Position numbers and translations under genes: made by a program | Notes under the pieces: model-generated | The model's database searches: none | Told to the model about the DNA's origin: nothing | What the model saw: the letters and a program-made list of their open reading frames with translations, nothing else | Shown here: positions 27,617 through 34,494 of the stretch, piece after piece | Numbering within the stretch: the first letter of the stretch is position 1 | Layout of the letters: each line of letters begins with the position of its first letter | Source: a virus | Taxonomy: Duplodnaviria > Caudoviricetes | Reading direction: 5' to 3' (one strand) | Virus record (IMG/VR): IMGVR_UViG_3300037722_001242 | Coordinates: 1-45,131 of that record | Length of the DNA: 45,131 nt

Positions 27617-27805
27617 TCAGTTCAGTAGTAGCTTCTTACGCTGCCGATACCGCCTAGATGCGGCAGCGCGGCAGACGCGACACTCTACTCGACCATCTGG
27701 CCGAGTGTATGTGTTAGCATATGTCCTCACATGCCCATTGCGACAGGATATGAAGATGTGGCGGAACCTGCGTAGGTGTTCGCTTCGTAGGGCTTCGTAG
27801 TGCAT
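27617..27805 (-). CDS. Small zinc-finger protein resembling the C-terminal module of phage HNH endonucleases
   Basis: AAGGAGG RBS; CRNGH..NTYTRPDGRVECRVCR. Confidence 0.6.
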   Translation of the reverse strand: MHYEALRSEHLRRFRHIFISCRNGHVRTYANTYTRPDGRVECRVCRAAASRRYRQRKKLLLN

Positions 27806-27828
27806 GGTTCCTCCTTTCTCAACATACC

Positions 27829-27857
27829 ATTGTCGCATTAGGCAGAGTAAGATGCAA
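27829..27857 (-). promoter_or_regulatory. Sigma70-type promoter
   Basis: TTGCAT-N17-GACAAT with extended TG. Confidence 0.5.
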
Positions 27858-27873
27858 GCGTTTGTTATACTTG

Positions 27874-28091
27874 TGGCGCTCCCAAGCGTTGGTACTGTCT
27901 CCTACGGTGGCTCGCTCTAAATCGTTGGTACTGTCTGAGGGTCTGGCTCGCTCTCTCATATGGTACAGTCTATTATACTGGCTCACTCACAAGTTTTGGT
28001 ACTATCCTAGACCAAGGTTCGCTCTCTCATATGGTACTATCATTCACAGTGGCTCGCTCCGTTAATGTGGTACTATCATACGCTCGTGGCT
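27874..28091 (-). ncRNA. TIGR-like guide RNA array, downstream block (6 units)
   Basis: On +, alternating TGGCTCGCTC and TGGTACT(G/A)TC repeats with 7-9 nt variable spacers, period 35-36 nt; second repeat at 27890, 27926, 27961, 27997, 28032, 28068. Confidence 0.88.
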
Positions 28092-28888
28092 GGAGGTAGT
28101 ATATGGTCTACATGCTGCATATGAGCTATTGGGTATGGCTTAGGTGGCTCTGTACCGAATTGATGTACGTACCATACGTGATGGAGGTGAGATAGGAATA
28201 GCTTCACTGCGTACCGACATGCCCTACGATGAATATGCAGTGGAGGAAGACGGCCAGCTTCGTAGTGCTTCTTCGCCTCGGTATCTGCGCGGTAGTTGAA
28301 CTTCTTCAGCATAGCTGCAGCCTGATCAGCATACCTGCCTGCCTCATTGTTGGCAATCTCGTATTCCTTGCGGTTCTTGTAGACGGTGCCATAGTACCCA
28401 GGGCTCTCGCCGCCGCTTACCTTTACGAAGCTCTCTCCTATCTTCCAGCATAGGGTCTTGAGGCGCGCATTCCAGGGGCGCTTCTCCCCCTTGTTCCATA
28501 CGGCAGTTGGCTCGAGCCCTGCGAAGGACCATATATGCCCTACAGTTGGGGCTTTGGTGATGTCTATGTGCGCTAAGAGGCCAGCAGACAGCACAGGCCC
28601 TATGCCTTTGACGGAGTGTAGCCAATTCCCTATAGGGTGGTTGTGGGTATAGACGTCAAGACTAATCTTTACCATCTTCTCGAGGACAGCGCTTTCCTCA
28701 AGGATATGAGTTACAACGCCGTTTGGCTCGCCTGCCGCAGCCAAAATACGTACCTGACTTGCAGCGCGCATACGCTTCTCTTGCATCATGTAGTATGTAT
28801 CCACAAGGAAGCGTACCTCCGCTTCTCGTAGGTCCTGGCTTCCGATACGGAGGTCTTTGCTTAGGGCTTGGACTCTTTGGATTTCCAT
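28076..28888 (-). CDS. tasA: TasA-like Nop-domain RNA-guided DNA-binding protein (IS110/Nop related; no RuvC or HNH)
   Basis: Coiled coil then SVKGIGPVLSAGLL..IWSFAGL..WNARLK..HIHRRACRYAVKLFL; no DEDD N-terminus; flanked by dual-repeat arrays. Confidence 0.82.
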   Translation of the reverse strand: MEIQRVQALSKDLRIGSQDLREAEVRFLVDTYYMMQEKRMRAASQVRILAAAGEPNGVVTHILEESAVLEKMVKISLDVYTHNHPIGNWLHSVKGIGPVLSAGLLAHIDITKAPTVGHIWSFAGLEPTAVWNKGEKRPWNARLKTLCWKIGESFVKVSGGESPGYYGTVYKNRKEYEIANNEAGRYADQAAAMLKKFNYRADTEAKKHYEAGRLPPLHIHRRACRYAVKLFLSHLHHVWYVHQFGTEPPKPYPIAHMQHVDHILPPATSV

Positions 28889-28910
28889 GGTGTGGTCCCT
28901 TCTGTGCCTA

Positions 28911-29025
28911 AGGCACGCTCTCTTAAGCTGGTACTGTCTGTTGGGTTGGCTCGCTCCGTCAGTTATGATACTATCTTGGACTGTGGCTCGCTCTCGTGCG
29001 CTGGTGCTATCTATGACATATGGCT
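28911..29025 (-). ncRNA. TIGR-like guide RNA array, upstream block (3 units)
   Basis: Same repeat pair: first repeat at 28911, 28947, 28984, (29021); second repeat at 28929, 28966, 29002. Confidence 0.85.
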
Positions 29026-29135
29026 AAGGATGTCTTGCCCTTTCTTGCTCGCTTGATTCCTGCCTTTGTACGAGCAGCAGATTCGATCTTGCGAACACGG
29101 GCTTTCCGCTTTGACTGCTTTCTAGTTCTTGCCAT
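29007..29135 (-). CDS. Small, highly basic protein (42 aa, not in ORF track)
   Basis: GAGG RBS; MARTRKQSKRKARVRKIESAARTKAGIKRARKGKTSLAICHR. Confidence 0.5.
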   Translation of the reverse strand: MARTRKQSKRKARVRKIESAARTKAGIKRARKGKTSLAICHR

Positions 29136-29159
29136 GTCGTACCTCGCTTTGTTTCCCTC

Positions 29160-29204
29160 GGCTGAGAGCTACACCACCCCAGAAGAGGTGGTGAGGGCCT
29201 TAGC
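29160..29204. promoter_or_regulatory. Long intergenic stem-loop upstream of the TIGR-like locus
   Basis: GGCTGAG..CACCACC / GGTGGTG..CTTAGCC. Confidence 0.45.
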
Positions 29205-29205
29205 C

Positions 29206-29433
29206 TTAATAGTCTGGGCTTTCGCCCAAGTCATCACCGAAGGTCTCAGCACGTTCCTGTGTCATCGAGACTTCTGAGCCAATATCCTCCGCGGCACCGA
29301 ACTTCTGCATCAGTGCTGACCATTCGTCTGATGTCATGCCAGTATGAGCATACACGTCCTCCACGCCCATCTGGTTGGCCAGCTCAAGACACATCTGTAC
29401 GGCCTTGACCTCGATGTCCGTCAGTTCGATCAT
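29206..29433 (-). CDS. Hypothetical acidic protein
   Basis: GGAGG RBS before ATG 29433. Confidence 0.6.
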   Translation of the reverse strand: MIELTDIEVKAVQMCLELANQMGVEDVYAHTGMTSDEWSALMQKFGAAEDIGSEVSMTQERAETFGDDLGESPDY

Positions 29434-29525
29434 TGCATCCTCCGTTGTATGGCCACCTACGATGGCCGCGAGCAAGCACATTTGCCCATGTTCATGTTAC
29501 CATGAGGCCGATGCAGATACAAACA

Positions 29526-30611
29526 TTATTTCATCTTACCTATAACCACCTTCGATCCCTCGAAATGCACTATTCCCTTATCCATCAGTTCATCACATGC
29601 TCTTCTGAATGCCTTGAGCTGAGCAACGCGAGTGCCCTTTGCTATCTTCTCATCCACACATGCAGCCTTCCACTTGTCTACAGTACACTCACCATCATCG
29701 TCTGTTATACGCTCTAGAATGGCCAATGCCTTTGATGCCTGGCTGTGACCTTTCAGCCCAGATGGCACACCTGTTGGCGGTGGGGCAGGTGTAAGGTAGC
29801 ATGATGTTATGGGATCACCATCTTCATCATCGCCAAGATCGGCGATACGCACCCAGCTATGTACAGTCACACCTTCTATACCATCCTTCATCTTATCTAC
29901 ACGCACTGATACCATGTCAGTTGAAGTCCCCCTCTCGCCGCTACGTGTAACTGACAGCAAAACGTCGGCATTGCCACGCATACTAGAATGCCCTCGCAAG
30001 TCACCACCAGTCTTTCCAGTATGGTGAACTATAAGAACAAGGCAGTTGAACTTGGATTGCATTTCCCGCGCCGCGGACAGATAGAAGCTCACATCTTCGT
30101 CGCTGTTCTCCGAGCCCACAAGACTCTGATTGAGGGTGTCCAGTACAATCAATGAAGGTTGTATATCTGCCTCAGATATGGCATCCATTAGGAGACGATG
30201 TCCATCTGCTGGACGCTTGGCAAAACGTAGATCATCTGCAAGTACCTTGAAGGATGGAGGCACTATTGCTATATCATGTCCTTCGCAGAATGCAGCAAGA
30301 CGATTGCACACTCCCCACGTGCCTTCGAAGGGACAGTATACCACCTGTCCCTTTCTCGTCCTGCGCCCATGGAAGCTCCAACCCATTACTATATGTATAG
30401 CTGCATCTAGTACCCAAAAGGTCTTCATCGACGCTGGAGGCCCCCATATCATACCTACGCCCTCGCTGGGTAGAAGGCCCTTTATAAGGTAACGATGCAT
30501 GCTTAGTGCATCCTTTAGGTTGGAGTGAGGCAGTATACGTATTGATCTAGTCAATTCAACCCCCGGTTGTATCGTACAACCTCCGGTATGGGGCACGTGG
30601 AGACAAGACAC
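29526..30611 (-). CDS. RepA-like (AAA_25) replicative helicase; start uncertain
   Basis: GPPASMKT, LIVLDT, IVHHTGK, RGHS. Confidence 0.85.
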   Translation of the reverse strand: MSCLHVPHTGGCTIQPGVELTRSIRILPHSNLKDALSMHRYLIKGLLPSEGVGMIWGPPASMKTFWVLDAAIHIVMGWSFHGRRTRKGQVVYCPFEGTWGVCNRLAAFCEGHDIAIVPPSFKVLADDLRFAKRPADGHRLLMDAISEADIQPSLIVLDTLNQSLVGSENSDEDVSFYLSAAREMQSKFNCLVLIVHHTGKTGGDLRGHSSMRGNADVLLSVTRSGERGTSTDMVSVRVDKMKDGIEGVTVHSWVRIADLGDDEDGDPITSCYLTPAPPPTGVPSGLKGHSQASKALAILERITDDDGECTVDKWKAACVDEKIAKGTRVAQLKAFRRACDELMDKGIVHFEGSKVVIGKMK

Positions 30612-30639
30612 CCATACCTAGGGGTATGGGTGTCTGTCT
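30601..30639. repeat. Near-perfect inverted repeat
   Basis: AGACAAGACACCCATACC-TAGG-GGTATGGGTGTCTGTCT. Confidence 0.8.
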
Positions 30640-30679
30640 TCACTACCCACGGGTGCCGAGCTGTGAGACATGAGACAAA

Positions 30680-30865
30680 TCACTGTTTGTCTCCGTCTGT
30701 CTTCCCTATATTATCCATGACATCCTTCTCCTCCACCACCAGATAACGCTCGAATGCTTCTGTCACACAGCGCTGTATGGTAGAGCCCTTCACGGCAGCT
30801 ACCACGCGTATCCTGTGTTTTGTGCCCTCAGGTACTCGGGCATATATCATCTCCCAAGGTGTCAC
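30680..30865 (-). CDS. Ribbon-helix-helix transcriptional regulator
   Basis: AAGGAG RBS and GTG 30865; MIYARVPEGTKHRIRVVAAVKGSTIQRCVTEAFERYL. Confidence 0.7.
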   Translation of the reverse strand: MTPWEMIYARVPEGTKHRIRVVAAVKGSTIQRCVTEAFERYLVVEEKDVMDNIGKTDGDKQ

Positions 30866-30898
30866 TTTAGGCTCCTTATAGTGTGTCTGTATGGTATA

Positions 30899-30927
30899 AT
30901 TATGCTGCATTGTCAGAGCTATGTCAA
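30899..30927 (-). promoter_or_regulatory. Strong sigma70 promoter (leftward)
   Basis: TTGACA-N17-CATAAT. Confidence 0.75.
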
Positions 30928-30982
30928 GAATGCGGACACAGGTTATAAATGTTTTATAGGTACTATGCATGAGCACGAAGGT

Positions 30983-31011
30983 TTGACAAATCGCGTTAGT
31001 TGTTATACTAT
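30983..31011 (+). promoter_or_regulatory. Strong sigma70 promoter (rightward)
   Basis: TTGACA-N17-TACTAT. Confidence 0.7.
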
Positions 31012-31039
31012 ATACAATCATTGGAAAGGGAGAACATCT

Positions 31040-31210
31040 ATGATCGAACTAAAAACTAAGGCTGCCAACAACAAGCTCCAGGAACTCATCAAGAAGATCG
31101 ACGAAGGAGCATCACCACCAGGTACGGACTACATCTTGTCCGGCTTCACTCAGGAAGAACTCAATACATTCAAGATGTTCATAAAGTCCTTCATCGAATA
31201 TCGTCTATGA
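31040..31210 (+). CDS. Small monocistronic protein (56 aa)
   Basis: Own promoter, GGGAG RBS, ATG 31040 and terminator. Confidence 0.7.
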   Translation: MIELKTKAANNKLQELIKKIDEGASPPGTDYILSGFTQEELNTFKMFIKSFIEYRL

Positions 31211-31215
31211 CTAAC

Positions 31216-31242
31216 AAAGGGCGCTTCGGCGCCCTTTCTTTT
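31216..31242 (+). terminator. Rho-independent terminator
   Basis: AAAGGGCGC-TTCG-GCGCCCTTT followed by CTTTT. Confidence 0.85.
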
Positions 31243-31438
31243 TACCCGTTCGCTCCCGGCCACACTACGTGTGGCGTATGTTGACACCACGCCGGAGGCG
31301 TGCCAAGTACGTCTCAATGAGACCCATACCGCCCAAACCCACCTTATCCGCGGTCCTTCACACCGCCCGCCCTGAGGTCCATGCAAAATGGCAGTCCTTA
31401 CAGGCTCACATCCTCGCAGCGTGCGCAGCACGCCATAC

Positions 31439-31768
31439 ATGCAGATTATCGGGGTCACTCCCAATACAAATGTCCTCCTCGGAGCCGCTGCTATTAAGGG
31501 ATACCTTCGCATACGGAGTTGGGCCACGCTCTACCGCCTCGTCGAACTATATGGTCTACCGGCCATCAAGAGGCCTGACGGCAAGTGGATGTCTACCATC
31601 ACAGCCATCGACGAATGGCTCTTCCTTGCCAGCGCCGCAGACTTCGCTAACCGACCCTACCTAAGGGGAACAAATGTCCGCCTCGAAGAAGCCATCTCTC
31701 GTCTCCAACGCAGAGTTGCAGACGCTTCCGCCTCGCCCAAGCATACGCGCCCCGCAGAGCGGGGCTAA
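31439..31768 (+). CDS. Excisionase/AlpA-like HTH DNA-binding protein
   Basis: GAAAIKGYLRIRSWATLYRL..GLPAIKRPDGKW..IDEWL. Confidence 0.6.
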   Translation: MQIIGVTPNTNVLLGAAAIKGYLRIRSWATLYRLVELYGLPAIKRPDGKWMSTITAIDEWLFLASAADFANRPYLRGTNVRLEEAISRLQRRVADASASPKHTRPAERG

Positions 31769-32303
31769 CACCATCGACAATGCAGATGGCAATGCTAGCC
31801 GCCCTATAGGCGTCGAAGCCACGATGCCCAGTGCTTCTGACTATGGCCGTCAGAAAGCAGGACTGCCAAACTGGAGCATAGATGACATACAGCGCGCCGT
31901 GCGCGCATACGATCGCTCTCCATTCCAAGACCTCCTTGCAGTGTTTGCCGACGCTTGTCCACCGCCCGACGCGCTAGCGTCGTGGGCTCAGAAGTTCCCC
32001 GATCGCTATGCCGGTGCCATCTCTGCCCTATCGCGCGTAGCTGGCTTCTCCGAACGCCGAGAACTCTCTGTCTCTCACTCAGACGCTCGCTCTCTCTCCG
32101 ACAGCCAGCTCGAAGATAGGCTCATCGCCATCGCTGCCTTCGCGGGCATACCCTCACATCGCCTCCTCGAAGCCGTCGATGCGGTACTCAAGGAGGGCTC
32201 TATCATCGACGCCAAGGCTGTGGAGATAGAAGACAGTCCAGATGTGCCCAAGAATTATGCAGATTTTATGGATAGCACGCCTTCCGAAGACGAACAACAA
32301 TAG
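31674..32303 (+). CDS. Putative terminase small subunit-like protein; start uncertain
   Basis: Helical core then RELSVSH..SLSDSQLEDRL..IIDA, a TerS-like C-terminus. Confidence 0.4.
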   Translation: MSASKKPSLVSNAELQTLPPRPSIRAPQSGANTIDNADGNASRPIGVEATMPSASDYGRQKAGLPNWSIDDIQRAVRAYDRSPFQDLLAVFADACPPPDALASWAQKFPDRYAGAISALSRVAGFSERRELSVSHSDARSLSDSQLEDRLIAIAAFAGIPSHRLLEAVDAVLKEGSIIDAKAVEIEDSPDVPKNYADFMDSTPSEDEQQ

Positions 32304-32459
32304 AAAAAGCACCCGCACTATAATATATATAGTCAACGTCTGCCGCAGGCTTGCAGTGCCATTGGGGAATTGGGCTGGGGGTCATAATTTCGCCACATTT
32401 ATGAGGTATATTACACCATCGCAGGACGTGGTGTCCCGCGAACTAAACGAGGTGTAAAC

Positions 32460-32921
32460 ATGGAAGTTACAACCGAACACTCCATCGAGGTCGCTAGGAG
32501 CACTCTGCGTCTAATACCGGACAAAGAGAATTTCAAGCGGAAGGATGAGATCGTGGAGGACGGCATTGTCCGCTCTACGTTCGCATTCCGCCTCGAGGCC
32601 AACGGCCCACGTTATGAGAAGGCAGTCACGTTCGACTTCAGAGATTGCACCTTCGATGAGGTGTGTCTCTTCAGCACCACCAACGGTGCTGTGGTATATG
32701 TGCAACGTGTCCTTAGGGACATGGGAACAAGTGCCATTGAAGACCCGAATGTGCTGGCTCACGTTAATGTGAAGTCGGACATCCTCGAAGCGCCGGCTCG
32801 GACCTTCGCCTCCCCGGAGGACCGCGCCCGCAGTAACCTTCGCCGGCTGTCGCCGGAGATGCGTGCTGCGATCCTCGCGGAGTTCATGCCGACAGACGAG
32901 GAGACGTCGGACACCGAGTGA
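32460..32921 (+). CDS. Hypothetical protein
   Basis: GAGGTG RBS; followed by a terminator. Confidence 0.75.
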   Translation: MEVTTEHSIEVARSTLRLIPDKENFKRKDEIVEDGIVRSTFAFRLEANGPRYEKAVTFDFRDCTFDEVCLFSTTNGAVVYVQRVLRDMGTSAIEDPNVLAHVNVKSDILEAPARTFASPEDRARSNLRRLSPEMRAAILAEFMPTDEETSDTE

Positions 32922-32931
32922 CACTAAGGAG

Positions 32932-32963
32932 ACGGGTGGCAGAAATGCCACCCGTTTTCTTTT
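32932..32963 (+). terminator. Rho-independent terminator
   Basis: ACGGGTGGCA-GAAA-TGCCACCCGT followed by TTTCTTTT. Confidence 0.85.
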
Positions 32964-33560
32964 GCCATCATGCTGCCATCTTTGTGTGGCATGATAGCAC
33001 AATCAACTGGAGATGAAACATGAACGCTATTCAGATGCTGCGCGACTATGGTCTACGTGTCTTCATGCATCACTACTGGCCATCGTTCAAGAACGATGTC
33101 TTCTGGTATGCGTGCGGCGTCGTAGTTGGTATCCTATTTTTCTGATGCAGAGTGGCCACAGGAAACTGTGGCCATTTTGCTGCATCTTCACAAGACAAGC
33201 AGGGTGGGGTATCATACTGCGCAGATTGCAGCTCCATGAGCACCAGCGCGCGCAAACATGATATAGGCACAAGCAGTATGAACATACATGCAGTAAGGGC
33301 AGGCATATCCCTTGTGATCGTTCTAGCCACGGCAGCGATGGTGTGGGATGCAGGGCGGACGTTGATGCAGGCTTATATGTGTCCGTGCTTGCTCGCGCCA
33401 CCCACAGGGTGGCCTGAAGCCATTACTTGCGACGATATAGCTAAGAGTTCATCCACACGATGATGGCTGCCCGCACAGAGGGGTCCTTCGCGCAGGTGTT
33501 TGCTATCAGCAGCAGGAGGGTCGCGCCCAGAACGGCTATGATGATCCTATAGAGCATAAG

Positions 33561-33761
33561 TCACCTCGCGCCCGCCAAGGGCACCAATTCAGGCGTAGGC
33601 GTGCCTAGATCTATATTGTTGGCACGAAGCAGATTTTGCAGCCGCTCCTTCTCAATCCAGGCAGCGCGAAGCCGGGCGCTCTGTTCATCCAATTCTTTGG
33701 CTTGCACGTCTATAATGTGATAAAGATAAGCTATCTCGGCTTGTGGTGTGCTCCATTCCAC
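33561..33761 (-). CDS. Hypothetical coiled-coil protein
   Basis: AAGGAGG RBS and GTG start. Confidence 0.6.
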   Translation of the reverse strand: MEWSTPQAEIAYLYHIIDVQAKELDEQSARLRAAWIEKERLQNLLRANNIDLGTPTPELVPLAGAR

Positions 33762-33908
33762 AGCGACCCCTCCTTATTTGGTAGCTACGGCGGGCTAGCA
33801 TACAGCGTCGTCGTAGACGACGCATATGTCCAATCTGTATAGAAGAAACACGCATTCAGCGCCGCAGCGAATATGAAGGCTATGGCTATGTACATCCACG
33901 CCCTAATG

Positions 33909-34166
33909 TCATGATCCATCATCTGTGCGCCTCGAGCCATAGACTCGCTGCCTATCTACGCCCGCCCACGGCACCTTATCACGCCGCACCCTTGTGCGGG
34001 GTGGGTTCACAAGGGCAACGTCCGCCGCTGCAGCTGCAAATGGCCCGCTACGTATAGGTGTCTCCGCCAGGGCCTTTGGCAGCACTGCCTCTCCGCGTGC
34101 AAACCTTTCGCTGGTGCGAATAAGCGCCCCAAATGGGTCAGCTGCTGGCTTTGGCTTGAACTTCAT
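33909..34166 (-). CDS. Hypothetical protein
   Basis: GAGG RBS; operon context. Confidence 0.45.
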   Translation of the reverse strand: MKFKPKPAADPFGALIRTSERFARGEAVLPKALAETPIRSGPFAAAAADVALVNPPRTRVRRDKVPWAGVDRQRVYGSRRTDDGS

Positions 34167-34311
34167 CCTGCCTCTGCACCCCTCGTAGCGCGGCTAGCCC
34201 CATCAGTGCATTTGTGGCATTCAGAGCTGCCTGTGCAAACTTCATAGCGTCGTCCGCCTTATCCGCGCCTGCGGCCTTGGCTATCATTTCCTCGACCTGC
34301 TTGTCACTCAT
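34138..34311 (-). CDS. Small helical protein (57 aa, not in ORF track)
   Basis: GAGG RBS; MSDKQVEEMIAKAA..DAMKFAQAALNATNA. Confidence 0.55.
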   Translation of the reverse strand: MSDKQVEEMIAKAAGADKADDAMKFAQAALNATNALMGLAALRGVQRQDEVQAKASS

Positions 34312-34345
34312 TAGGTTCTACCTCTAATAGATGATGTGGTTGTTA

Positions 34346-34453
34346 CTACCAGTCTCCCTGAAAGGTCCTCTCGATGTCCCTCAGACACCCTGCGCACCCC
34401 GTCGTCACTGATGTGACAAGTACGAGGCTCAGAATAAGCATAGCAGTCTTCAT
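34346..34453 (-). CDS. Small putative lipoprotein (35 aa, not in ORF track)
   Basis: AGGAG RBS; MKTAMLILSLVLVTSVTTGC, a signal peptide with lipobox-like GC. Confidence 0.5.
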   Translation of the reverse strand: MKTAMLILSLVLVTSVTTGCAGCLRDIERTFQGDW

Positions 34454-34494
34454 TGTATGCTCCTATGTAACCCTGCCCGCCTGCGGCGGGCGCG

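Noticed and set aside
27862-28065. + strand ORFs over the arrays (also 28868-29056)
   Set aside because: Their repetitive peptides (ARS..LVLS) are by-products of the 36-nt period, and they are antisense to the operon
27874-28091. CRISPR array
   Set aside because: Repeats are ~10 nt of two alternating kinds with 7-9 nt spacers, far from CRISPR dimensions, and there is no cas operon
28076-28888. IS110-family transposase / insertion sequence
   Set aside because: It lacks the N-terminal DEDD RuvC-like domain, and the flanks are tandem dual-repeat arrays rather than IS ends
31439-31768. Excisionase implying lysogeny
   Set aside because: No integrase or att site was recognised, so it is treated as a generic HTH protein
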